From contig NC_067401.1 of the NCBI RefSeq assembly GCF_016432865.1, forward strand, positions 372,558,001 to 372,622,000: a DNA stretch of 64,000 nt. Reading direction: 5' to 3'. The DNA comes from Antechinus flavipes (taxonomy: Eukaryota). Positions within the stretch are counted from its first letter, which is position 1. Each line of letters begins with the position of its first letter. This document shows positions 1 to 12,045 of this stretch, one piece after another. A program made the translations under genes and the position numbers. The notes under the pieces are model-generated. The model saw nothing but the letters and a program-made list of their open reading frames with translations. It had not been told where the DNA came from and did not search any database.

Positions 1-239
1 TCACAAATATTAAAAGAGGTGCACATTAAACTAATTCTGAGCTATCAATTTATATCAAGTTGGCAAAAAATAATTTAAAGCAATGAAATCCAATGTTATC
101 AGGATTACAGAGGAGCATAGGAGACCTCTAGCAAGGGGCTCGAATCATATGGACCTCAGGTTGATCCTGGGGGAACCTAACTCTAGGGAAGGTAAATTTC
201 TCTTTTTATGATTTATTGCCCCTACTTATTTTAATATAG

Positions 240-415
240 NNNNNNNNNNNNNNNNNNNNNNNNNNNNNNNNNNNNNNNNNNNNNNNNNNNNNNNNNNNNN
301 NNNNNNNNNNNNNNNNNNNNNNNNNNNNNNNNNNNNNNNNNNNNNNNNNNNNNNNNNNNNNNNNNNNNNNNNNNNNNNNNNNNNNNNNNNNNNNNNNNNN
401 NNNNNNNNNNNNNNN
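240..415. other. Assembly gap (others: 1939-2367, 8266-8394, 37151-37586, 42012-42151, 43197-43336, 44401-44715, 50655-50791)
   Basis: Runs of N seen directly. Confidence 0.99.
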
Positions 416-589
416 ATTTTAGGGGTGGTGCTCCATCCACTGGATCACCTAGCTGCCCCAAAAGCTAAACAAAATTTAGACATAGTTTCTAAGTTTTTTC
501 CTTGCAATAGACAATAGGATCCTCCTACAAAGGTACTTCATGTACAATATTTCCATCAGGAATGGAACAGATTTTTAAAAATAGTTTTT

Positions 590-970
590 CTTCTATCACA
601 GAAATTGCAAAAGAGGCATAATACTTAAAGGTACATATAAACACTCATTGCTGGTGGATTTGCAAACTTGTAGAATCTTTTTGCAGAGCAATCTTGCCTC
701 CACACAGTAATAAGTTAGAAATATAGACATACCCTTTGACCTAGTAATTCCACTGTTGGGAATGTGCTCTGAATATGCTTAAAAACAAAAATAGTGCAAA
801 CTCTTTAAAGACTGTTATAGCAGCTTTACATTGAATTTCAAAAAAAAAAAAATTGAAAACAATCTAAATGTCCAGTAGCAAGTGAATGATTTAAATGAGT
901 TGTTGATTCATTTAAGGGAACACAATTTAGAATAATAAGAACGAGGAATACAGAATAGTATGGAAAGATT
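590..970 (+). mobile_element. Old L1 fragment (ORF2 3' end region)
   Basis: Degenerate L1-like motifs: cactcattgctggtgga..., ataccctttgacctagtaattccactgttggg, tttatagcagcttt, aaaacaatctaaatgtcca. Confidence 0.6.
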
Positions 971-3460
971 TTAATTTTTTAAAAGCCCCAAATCAATGGC
1001 ATACATTTGACTAAGACTATATAAGAAGGAAAATTTATTTCTCTCTACATTGAGATCCAAACAGTATAAACCAGAAAATGCTTCTATAGATGGTAAAGTT
1101 TTGTAAAAATATGTCATCATTCTGGGCTGTATTCTTTACAAATGCAGATCACCAACCTTCTAGGACTTATGGAGGGAGAAGCAAAGTTGTCTTCCTTTCA
1201 GAATAATGTATTGGGTTGGGAGTGTGGGTGAAGGTAGATTTCATTCCACAACCCTCAAGTATTACAAATACTTTCACCTGAATAGATTTGGACTGTTCCC
1301 TGGGTTTAAGTAAAAAACAATGAGAATTTTGCTGTCATTTATTTCTCAATAAATGGGGCAGGGACGTGGGTAGGGGGATAGCTCAGTTAGTGGTATTTCA
1401 GGAAGAAATATTTTAGTGGTCTATTTCCAAATGCAAAGCAGGCAAAATAGAATTATTATATAATAACACCTATGGAAAGAAAGAGAAAAACTCAAAACCC
1501 TTCCTTCAAATAGATAAAGAGTAAAGCCCAGGATTCCAAGAAGTGAATATTAATTTGATCACTCATTTTATTGGGTAATTACACTCCATTGCTCTTCAGA
1601 GGCTAGTGGGTTTAAAAAAATAGTTAAATAGACTTTTTTAGGTGACACCAACTCCCTCTCCAATAATGTACACATCAGGAATGCACAGAGCTCTTTAGCA
1701 TGCAAGATACAAAATGCTATTAAATCATTTGCTATTTTTCCTATAAGGAAGGAGTTCTTCCCAGAGTACTAATCTGCTTGGGGAAAAAAAAAGCCTCCTA
1801 ATTTAGAAGAAAATGAGACTTTCACTCCACTCAGCAAACACCTCTGCTAACGCTTCATTAGTATGTATTTTCACATAATTCAATTAGCCAAAATACATAC
1901 AAATGCTCACAGTACTGTTCCCAGCTCTGGGAGTGTCANNNNNNNNNNNNNNNNNNNNNNNNNNNNNNNNNNNNNNNNNNNNNNNNNNNNNNNNNNNNNN
2001 NNNNNNNNNNNNNNNNNNNNNNNNNNNNNNNNNNNNNNNNNNNNNNNNNNNNNNNNNNNNNNNNNNNNNNNNNNNNNNNNNNNNNNNNNNNNNNNNNNNN
2101 NNNNNNNNNNNNNNNNNNNNNNNNNNNNNNNNNNNNNNNNNNNNNNNNNNNNNNNNNNNNNNNNNNNNNNNNNNNNNNNNNNNNNNNNNNNNNNNNNNNN
2201 NNNNNNNNNNNNNNNNNNNNNNNNNNNNNNNNNNNNNNNNNNNNNNNNNNNNNNNNNNNNNNNNNNNNNNNNNNNNNNNNNNNNNNNNNNNNNNNNNNNN
2301 NNNNNNNNNNNNNNNNNNNNNNNNNNNNNNNNNNNNNNNNNNNNNNNNNNNNNNNNNNNNNNNNNNNCGCAGCTACTTGTACAACTAACCTCGTGTAATT
2401 TACTTTATGAATTAAACATACAATTTTGAGGATTTGTGATTTTTCCTACTGGATGGATATTTCTCTTTCTGGAAGTGGCTTTAGAGCATTTCCTTGCTTC
2501 CCTTGGGTAGAGATAAACATGGAGACTGATGACTGGATGGAGGGACTTCTTTAATGGACCTATCTCATAGTGGAATATGGGTCCTGAGGTCCATTTAAAC
2601 CTGGTTTCTTCAAATGGATAGCTCTAGCTAATATTTTCTTCATGGCTTTGGAGCTGGAAGAAAAGTTAGACGCATTCAAAGCTGAACTTCTTATTTTACA
2701 AATGGTCAAAGCAAGGGTCAGAGAGGTGAAGGTTGCACCGTTATAAGCAGAAGTGCTGGCATCCAAATCCAGGTTTTTTTTACTTCAAGTCCAATGCCCT
2801 CTCTCCTGAACTGATTGCCTTCCTTAGCGTTGCCCTGTTTCCTAGATTAGATTAGGTCAGTATCTTCAGCCATCATCCTGTGAAGCAATCCCCATGAAGA
2901 TGGAGCCTGACAACTGTTCCTGCAGGGAATACACCACCAGCTACTTAAGATCCCAAAAGAAAGCTCTTGTCACCAAAGTCCTTGACATTGTCACATGGTT
3001 CAACATCAGAAACTGATATTATTTTATCAATGGAAATGGTATTGTATCCTTGACAAAGTGGTCATTTAGCCTCTTCTTTCAGTGATAGGGAACTTATCCT
3101 CTCTGTTTTTAGCTTTTGTAGTCATTAAATTCTTCCTTATTGTCCAAGGAAATCACTGTAACTTTCATCAATTGATTATTTCCTGCTGCCATTATACACA
3201 CCCTACTCAGGTCCTGCCTATCCTGTTAATCCCAAGGATCCTAGAACCTTTTCCCAGTTTGCAAGGCTGAAGCATCTGAGAATTGTCTTGGGATTGATAT
3301 CTAGGGAGTTCAGAATTTAGGATATCCCTAATGAAAACAAAATTCAGAGAAGTCACAATATGTCTCATTTTCTTCCCTCTTTTCTTCCCTTACTTTTGTC
3401 CAGGGAGATCAGTTCCTAACTAAAGGCATGGACAGTTAGGTGGAACAAATAGATAGAGGG

Positions 3461-3687
3461 CCAGCCCTGTACTCGGGAAGATCATATTTTTATGACCATA
3501 AATCTGGCCCCAGACACTTATAAGATGTGTAATCCTGGGCAAACACTTAATAGTTTGCCTCAATTCCCTCATCTGTAAAATGAACAGGAGAAGGAAATGG
3601 CAAACTACTCATATTTCTGCCAAAAAAAAAAAAACCCAAATGGGGTCACAAAGAGCTGATACAGTTGAACAATTGCAATAGCAATAA
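3461..3687 (+). mobile_element. Mar1-type CORE-SINE (MIR core + RTE/BovB-like tail)
   Basis: Core aatctggccccagacactt...ctcatctgtaaaatga followed by tail gaaggaaatggcaaac...cccaaatggggtcacaaagag. Confidence 0.8.
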
Positions 3688-4357
3688 CTTTGGGTATCTA
3701 CACCAAGGGAGTAAAGCTAGAGTGACCAAGAGTTTTGGAGAACAAAGACTATAAAATAGAAGTTTGAGTTTAGCTTGGACAGATGAGTGAGCTAAGATCA
3801 GGTTGATGAAATGATACTTGCTCTTGGTTAAGTGGATGTGATCAAAATGAAGCAGGGTTAAGTGAAAAGCCTAAACAACAAAGGGATTACTGAGGATTAA
3901 GTAAATGATGATTATATAGGAGATTGTGGCTTGCTCAAGGATGAATGTCCTGTGATTTGGAATAATATCTGGAGTTACCAATCAACTCTTTGTCACTGAA
4001 CAGAAACCAAGTGGTAACTTTGGGGAGAAAGAGGAAATAATGATCCCCACTGCAGCTGGTAAGAGTTATTACTGATCCATTTGGATTTCAGTATGTGGGA
4101 ATATTTGTTATTAATCGTCAAAGTTCCATCAGAATGGGAGAAAAGGAAAGGATTCTAATACAGGAAGCAGAAAAAGCTACCTGAGTTAAACGCAGCTTAT
4201 CAAAATAGGTCTTTGCTTATTATCTGTAAACTCGATATCCTTCTCCTCTCCATTCCAACCCCCCCAAAAAGAAAAATTCCACTCCAGAACCATGGGATCA
4301 AACAGTAATAAGAACTAAGTGTTGATTGATAATATGGCCATATCATAGTAAGAAACT

Positions 4358-4361
<4 letters not shown>

Positions 4362-4401
<40 letters not shown>
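4362..4401. repeat. (TG)20 microsatellite
   Basis: Perfect repeat. Confidence 0.98.
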
Positions 4402-4404
<3 letters not shown>

Positions 4405-5570
4405 CAAATGTTAGAATGATAGTGTGTGAATCACACAAAGAAGAAGTCCAGTGACAAATGATACTTGTGGGAAGCATAATTTAAACAGAAAGTAGATAGA
4501 GAATAGTATTATCTCAGTAAGAGAATTACTTGAAAACAATGCTTCTGGATAAGAGAGGGTAAGGGAAGTTATGGTTTCTTTAGGGCAGGTTTAATAGCAG
4601 TTAGTCACTAGTGCCATAACTAAGATAAAGTGACTGGGGTTTTGCCCTAAAGGCATCAAACTTAGAAGGTAATATAGTTAACTGCAGTAACTAGTTTTTT
4701 CTCTCAAATGAATTTGTTATTAATTACTTACAGCATTATTTTCACATAATAGATTTAGAGCTGAAGGATATTAATAGTAATCTAGTTTAATTATTTCATT
4801 TTGCACATGAGGAAACTAAAACTCATAGGGGTTAGATGATGATTAAAAAGTTGATTTGAAGGTGCTTCTGTGCTCCTTAGCTGCTTTCTCTGGGAATGCT
4901 GTTGTCCTAACAATAAAATTGTTAGTTTTTTTCAGTCAGTGAAGAGGAAGGAGGAAATAACACCATTTTAGATATTGACCTTCCTTGAAAGAGCTAATGT
5001 TGAAGTTCAACTGAGGGAAAAAATTCTTGGAGTTTTCATGACCTGGAGTAAAATAAAGATCAGCCAGACTGAATTTATAGATGGCCTCTGAATCAGGTAG
5101 GGGACTATCTTGATAGAGTCAGGAAAGCCTCTTGCATAGGGTGAGAGGGCAAGGAATACCATGATGTAGAACGTATATTAAGCTTAGTCAGAGAACTAAG
5201 GTTCAAATGATAACTTACTGCAGTACCTCTAATAATTTGCCTCTTGTCTCTAGGTTTTAGGAAAGATACACTTTGGGGGTGAAGAGACAGAGAGGTGAGG
5301 TGAGATAGGAAGAGATCAGATTGCGAGCAGGAGAGAGGTGCTATGGACTAAAGACAGCAAGTTCAGAAGAACAGTGGGGAAATGGCGTCAAACTCTCTTT
5401 ATGAACACTTAGCATTTAGTCCATTTTCCTGCTCTGCAATGAGATAATCATGGTGAAATGCAGATATCTTTGCCAGTAGCCTTTAAGAGGTCTGATTCAT
5501 ACTAAATCCAAAATCCACTAGGAAAAAAAAGTGCTTAGTAGCATCTAGTTATTGGATGCTTTTTTCTCCC

Positions 5571-5780
5571 AGTTGTGTTAGAATCTCTGTGACCCCATTT
5601 GGGATTTTCCTGGCAGAGATTTGCTGTGTCCTTCTTCAATTCCTTTTACAGATAAAGACCTGAGGTAAACAGGGTTAGGTAAATTGCCAAAGGTCATATA
5701 TTTATTAAGTGTCTAAGCCTGGGAAGACAAGTCTTCATGTACCTGAGTTCAGGACTTTTATCTACTATGTCACCTAGCTG
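5571..5780 (-). mobile_element. Mar1-type CORE-SINE
   Basis: Reverse-complement tail tgtgaccccatttgggattttcctggca and core ttttacagataaagacctgagg. Confidence 0.75.
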
Positions 5781-6323
5781 CCCCTATTGACCATAGTAGG
5801 CACTATATGAATGTTACCAATGGTGAGGATAATCATTAATTCCCATTGATTATACTGAAAAATATCCCAGTCCATAAATCCTGGGTCTTTTTTTTTAAAG
5901 GATATATTGTATTAAATATGCTATCATGTATACTGGCAGGAGAAGCATCCAGGGTGAAGACGAAAAAACAGAACTGTGTTTTTGTTTGTTTGTTTGTTTG
6001 TTTGGGTTTTTTATTTTTTGAAACAATTCCTGGGTTCAGAGCAGCTTTGTAGTATAGAAGGATATAGATCAAGGTTGTTGATCAATTGAGTTCCTCCTAA
6101 TTAATGAAATTAAAGACTATGGAGAAATAACAGAAACAATGAATTAGTAAGGTAGCTGCCTTTGTGCCTTGTAAAAATATGCTTCTTTTTTATTTTGAAT
6201 GGATTATTTTGTCCTTGGTAAAGGAGTCTTCGAGAGGCTCACACCCTCAGTGTAAAGATTGTAAAGATTGAGAAATTGGGAACCAATTCACAGCTTGAAA
6301 AAGAAATGTTTAAAAGTTTGGGT

Positions 6324-6476
6324 CCTGGGGCAGGTAGGTGGCGCAGTGGATAGAGCACCATCCCTGAAGTCAGGAGGACCTGAGTTCTATGAGACACTTA
6401 ACACTTTCTAGCTGTATGACCCTGGGCAAGTCACTTAACCCCAGTTCCCTGGGGGGGGGGAGTGGAGTGGGGGGAG
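6324..6476 (+). mobile_element. WSINE1-type SINE with 11-bp TSD
   Basis: Head ggggcaggtaggtggcgcagtggatagagcacc, body ...gggcaagtcacttaacccc; TSD aaagtttgggt at 6313-6323 and 6477-6487. Confidence 0.88.
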
Positions 6477-6520
6477 AAAGTTTGGGTACTTAGTTGCTCC
6501 TTTACAAAGTAGGAAGAATT

Positions 6521-6604
6521 TCTTTCTTTTCTTTCTTTTTTTTTTCTTTCTTTCTTTCTTTCTTTTTTCTTTCTTTCTTTCTTTTTTGTTTTTTTTTTTT
6601 TTTT
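6521..6604. repeat. (TTTC)n / poly-T simple repeat
   Basis: Seen directly; it generates the Phe-rich ORF 6494..6742. Confidence 0.95.
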
Positions 6605-7091
6605 GATGAAATTGTAGGATGGCTGGTTAGGCAGGAGCTGGCTAAAGGATTAGCTATGTCCTTGGTGGCCTTTAAAAATCAAGTAACACCTTTTAAGGAC
6701 TCATTGGAGAAAAAATGGTGTTTCAGACATCTTCTAAAATAGGTCTTTCTAGATAGAGGAGTGAATTTCTCTTTTCTCTTCCACCATTAACAATAACATT
6801 TTCCCCTTTCTTCTCTACTTTACTTAACTTATGATGGGACAGTACCATGAGCCCCTACCACTATACAGACTCTAAATTTGTACCATTCTTGCCTTGGTTG
6901 CTCTGGTCTGGTACATGGTAACTTTGCTCTTCTAAAACCTTAAGAATTCTTCTTTTCCATGGGATCAAGTTGTCAAAATCAACAAGTGCCAGCAAGCATT
7001 CTTTAAGTGCCTACTATGTACCAGGTACAGTTTTAGGTACTAGATTAAAATGAAAGATTACTTATTCTTACAGAGCTTCCATTCTATGGGG

Positions 7092-7093
<2 letters not shown>

Positions 7094-7134
<41 letters not shown>

Positions 7135-7143
7135 ACACACACA
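7094..7143. repeat. (CA)n microsatellite with one interruption
   Basis: Seen directly. Confidence 0.97.
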
Positions 7144-7382
7144 GAACAAATATGAGCAGAAAGTTGGAGATCAGAAAAGGTAGACACTTGTAGACAGCCT
7201 TATGGAGTTTTGAAGAAAAAAAGAGCTTCTAAGAGTCAGAACTAAGATTGCCATATATTATAATATATATTATTGCAAAAGATTGTAGTGTTTAGGAAGA
7301 GGAGTAATAAGTACATAGATAGAAAGATAGATAGATAGACGAGGTCATGTTGAAAAAGTCTTTTTAAAAGGGTTTGGGTTTA

Positions 7383-7787
7383 CAAATCAGTTCCAATAGA
7401 GCAGTAATGAATTGAACCAGCTACACCCAGCGAAAGAACCTTGGGAAATGAGTATGAACCACTACATAGAATTCCCAATCCCTCTATTTTTGTCCACCTG
7501 CATTTTAAATTTCCTTCATAGATTAATTGTACACTATTTCAAAGTCTGATTCTTCTTGTGCAGCAAGATAACTGTATGGACATGTATAAATATATTGTAT
7601 TTAACATATACTTTAACATATTTAACATGCATTGGTCTATCTGCCATGTGGGGGAGGTGGTGGGGGAAAGGAGGGGAAAAATTGAAGCAAAAGGTTTTGC
7701 AATTGTCAATGCTGAAAAATTACCCATGCATATATCTTGTAAATAAAAAGCTATAATAAATTTTTTTTTTTAAAAGAGAAAAAAAAA
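7383..7787 (+). mobile_element. 5'-truncated young L1 3' end with 12-bp TSD
   Basis: Ends ...gtcaatgctgaaaaattacccatgcatatatcttgtaaataaaaagctataata plus A/T tail; TSD ggtttgggttta at 7371-7382 and 7788-7799; about 90% like 61474-61869 by eye. Confidence 0.9.
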
Positions 7788-7874
7788 GGTTTGGGTTTAT
7801 AAGTGCTCTTATGTACCATTGAAAGGCAGAGGTCTAATGACCAAGAAATGCTATCATTATGTGACTACCAAACA

Positions 7875-8870
7875 GCACTTTATTTTTTCACTTAATAGTA
7901 TTTAATTTTTTCCAATTATATATAATTTTCCAATATTCTCTTTTGTTAGATTTTGATTTCCAATTTTTTTCTATCTTCCTTCCTTCCCATTCCCTTCCCC
8001 AAGATGGCAAGCAATTTGATATAGATTATATATGTACAATCATTTTAAATATATTTCTGTATTAGTTGTTTTGCAAAAGAAAAATCAGAACAAAAGGGAA
8101 AAACCACAAGAAAGGAAAAAAAAACAACAAAAAATGAAAATAGTATATTTCAATCCTTATTCAGTCTTTATAGTTCTCTCTTTAGATGCAAATGGTATTT
8201 TCCATCCCAAGTCTGTTGGAATTATCTTGGATCACTGTATTGCTGAGAAGAGCTAAGTCTGTTATNNNNNNNNNNNNNNNNNNNNNNNNNNNNNNNNNNN
8301 NNNNNNNNNNNNNNNNNNNNNNNNNNNNNNNNNNNNNNNNNNNNNNNNNNNNNNNNNNNNNNNNNNNNNNNNNNNNNNNNNNNNNNNNNNNNNNGTATAC
8401 TGGATATATATATAGTTGTATATATATTATGTTATATAATATGTAATATGTATAATTTTCTGCTATTTCTGCTCACTTCACTTAGCATCAGTTCATGTAA
8501 GTCTTTCCAGGCTTTTCTGAAATCAGCTTGCGCATCATTTCTTATAGAACAATAACCCCATTACATTCAAATACTGCAATTTATTCAGCCATTTCCCAAT
8601 TGATGGGTATCCATTAATTTCCAATTCCTTGCTACTGCAAAATGCCACATTTTTTGCACATGTTGATCTTTTTCCTTCTTTTATGATGTCTTTGAGACAT
8701 AGACCCAGTAGAGGCATTGCTGGATCAAAAAGTGTGCAAAGTTTTGTAGTCCTTTGGGCACAGTTCCAAATTTCTCTCTAGAATGGATGTTTCAGTTCAC
8801 AATTCCACCAACAAGACATTAGTATCCCAGTTTTCCCGTATCCCTTCCAACATTTATCATTATCTCTTCT
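7875..8870 (-). mobile_element. Older L1 3'UTR fragment spanning a gap; related antisense copies at ~14965-15345, ~43955-44350, ~52995-53340
   Basis: Recurring motif block ccccaagatggcaagcaat(t/c)tgatata...aaaatcagaacaaaagggaaaaa...ttccatcccaagtct shared among these four loci. Confidence 0.75.
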
Positions 8871-9049
8871 GAAACAGTACTTTAATGTATTTTCCAAAGG
8901 GTAAGCTTTATTCATCTCAGACTTTCAACTATTTCCCTTTCCTTGAACTTTGTCATGGAATGTTCTGCAGATATAAGACTGAGATGAATTTCCTATGAGC
9001 CATTTTGCTATTTTGGTAAATTGACATTCTTGGAATTAGCCCCCACATT

Positions 9050-9670
9050 GTCCTCTTTTCAGAATTTCGTTATTTATGTTAAGGGCTTCACCACCCTTTC
9101 ATTCATCCAGATTTGCAACATTATTGCCATTCTTGATTCTTAACTCTCACTCCATTTCCACTCAGTTGCCAAATTACACCATTTCTATTTCACCTCTCAC
9201 ATACATCCTCCTCACAAAGCAACCACCCTTATTTAAATCCTCATTGCCTTTCACTTGGACTTTTTAGGACTCTTAATTGATGTTTCAGATCTCTTCCTCT
9301 CTCTAATCCATTCTTCAGGATGCCTTCATATTTATTCCTAAAGCACAATTCTGACCATTATATCCTGTGCTTAAGAATATCTTGATTACTTGCCTCCAGC
9401 ATGAAATTTTAGTTCTCCACTTTGAAATGTAAAGTCCTTTACAATTTGGACTCAACTTACCTCTCCATCCTTATTTCTTACTGTTCTCTCCATGCACACT
9501 GGGGCCCAAGCAAAGTAGTCATTTTGCTGTTTTTCATCCATTCTATTTCATTGATTAGCTGGCTGTCCCCCTTGTCTAGGCTGCACTCCCTTCTTATCTC
9601 AGTCCCTAAGTCTCAGCTCAAGAAGCACTTTCTTTATGTAGTCTTCACTAATGTCTTCCATTAATAATAC
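9050..9670 (-). mobile_element. L2 fragment (other L2 pieces at ~32830-33400 -, ~35900-36225 +, ~45530-46505 -, ~56490-56800 +, ~63170-63785 -)
   Basis: L2-like pyrimidine-rich degenerate sequence (ctaaagcacaattctgacc, tctcagctcaag...ttcttcc, aataaatgcttgttga). Boundaries approximate. Confidence 0.6.
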
Positions 9671-11888
9671 TTTACCTTCAAAATCAGTAAATGCTTGTAT
9701 GTGTATGTATATATGTATGTGTATGTATATATGTATGTGTGTATATATATATATATGTATATATATACACATCAATATTTTACATATGTGTGTATTAAAA
9801 ATTAAGGTAAACTGAGGCACAAAGTTCCAAGAATGATCAATTTATTAGTAAAGCACAAATTTATCAATAAATAGGATATCCGAAAAACTAAGACTGCAAA
9901 TTGGGGTAAAGAGCTCTTTCATACTTTTGTGGAACACAGAAAATAGGAAGACTAGCATCACAGAAGGAAGAAGATATGACTGGATGGAAATTAGGGATGA
10001 AGGCAAGCAAAAATAAAAACAAAACAAAAAACACTACTCTTCTGCGACTAAGACATGTTCATTGTTTGAGTCCTGCTGCATCTGCAAGGACAGAGAGAGC
10101 AAATCAGTTTTCTTTGGATAGCAAACCAGACATCCTTGAAGGATAGTTTGGTAGTGTAAAGATATTAGAAACAGACTCCCTGGTGTCCACCTGCTTCCTT
10201 CAAGGGTAACAGATTTCTTTGACACAAGAATAGAACAATGATTAATGGGAAAACTAGATATCTAAACTTAACTTATTCCAGGCCAGCTAAATTTTTCAAT
10301 TAAGTTCAGAGACAAAGAAATCATGACTGAGGTATTTAAAGGATGATATTAATTAACTGCAAATAGGATTAATTTTTTAAAAGATATGAAATCAATCTGA
10401 TTATTTCATATATGTATATATATACAGATATATATAACACGCACATATATGAAGTATATATCTACATATATATCTATATATCTGTATCTATATCTATATA
10501 TAGTTTACATATCTGTATGTGTATACATTGTCTTACCCAAATGGATGTTGAGAAGATGGCTTTGTATCCTTAACACCTAGTACAGTGCATGGCACTTAAT
10601 ACATGCTTAATAAATGCTTATTAATTGATTGGGTGCTAGTCAGAGTTATGGCATATAAACTTATGTCATTTGAAATGTTTAATTATTGTGTAAATTACTT
10701 TAAAAATCACCAATTAAAAACCTTTCAACCTTTCTATTCCAAATAAATGAAAACTTTTTATTCTAGAACTCATAGCTTATCATACCATAAGGCACCAGAG
10801 TAACTCTTTCATGAAATGTACTAATTGTAATTCTCTAATATTTTAAAGTATTAGAATCACCAACAAGTCCTAGCTTCATGCCTCAGTTTGATGTGGAGAT
10901 AAATGACTTTGGGTTCTAATTGGCTATGCCATTAGAACACAAACTCTGACAGATCCTACCATGCTGGAAAGGCTTTGATTATGGTCCCGGCAGCAGACTA
11001 TTTGCTTTCTGAGGGCTAATCCAGTTAAATATATAGAGAGGCTCAGAGCAAATAGATTGGCCATTCAGTAATGTATTTATGAAATGAAGAAAAATCAAGT
11101 GAAATGATAGTCTTATATGACTCCATTCTATTTCATCAATGATGGTGGCAGGATAGTAGTAAGAGACAGAGGATTCTGAGCCACAACATAGTTTATAGAT
11201 TGTCTATAAATATTAACTTTATTCAGTATTTTAAATGAGTTATTTGTCCAATGACTAACGAGGAGACATATTGCTATAAGAATTATAACTTGGTTGGTCT
11301 TCTACAGAGGATTGTAGAAAGAAATGAAAAATAGCTACCAGAATGAGAATTGTAACTTTCATGCTAAAAGGCAGTGCCTATTTTAATGAAACTACAGATT
11401 TCTTTCAGTATCAAAAATGATTAAGGCACTGAAAACATATCCACTGAGTAGCTATCTGCAAGTAGTAATTTCCATTATTTTAAAGAAACATGATATAGTG
11501 AAGATAGTGCTATGCAGTATCAGAAGGACTTTTGTTCAAATCCCTTCTTTGATATGAGATGCATAATTCAAGGGAATCCCCTAATCCAGAGCCTCAGTTC
11601 CCCTGATTGTAAAATGGGGATAATAATTCCCACTGTACCAATCCCAAATGAGATAATGTACCTAAAGTGCTTTCCAAATCTAAAAGCCCTAAATTTAGAG
11701 AGGCTTATTGTTAGCAGTAGGCTACTCAGTGATGAATATGAGCTTCCAGCACTGATTGAGTCTCTAAACAACACATTCCCCAGTTCAGACTTTTCACTGA
11801 ACCAGACTGGCTCCATTCCTGTGCAGTTAGCCCATAACTGCACAATGTGATGTTTTCGTCTGGTGCATGTGCACCATCCATCCTGAAG

Positions 11889-12045
11889 AATCCAGTATCT
11901 GCCTGGATTACAGCGCAGCCTGGCCACCGATGGCCTCCCTTCCCTGACTGAAGTCTGCTCTTCTGAAGGTGACAATGAACTCCTGGAGGCCACCCTTGAC
12001 TTAGAGGGTCTCGTTCCTGTGGCTGCATCTGACAGCATCAGACAG
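11889..12045 (+). CDS. Candidate internal coding exon (unassigned): xIQYLPGLQRSLATDGLPSLTEVCSSEGDNELLEATLDLEGLVPVAASDSIRQ
   Basis: Open frame of 52 codons with C/G-ending codon bias and retained CpGs; donor CAG|GTGGGA; weak acceptor ccatccatcctgaag. No protein recognised. Confidence 0.3.

Noticed and set aside
1373-1395. tRNA-like 5' end gggggatagctcagtt
   Set aside because: There is no B-box or cloverleaf downstream.
11724-11761. C/D-box-like motif (GTGATGA...CTGA with ACTCA/TGAGT stem)
   Set aside because: At 38 nt it is too short for a snoRNA, and the stem register does not give a canonical kink-turn.
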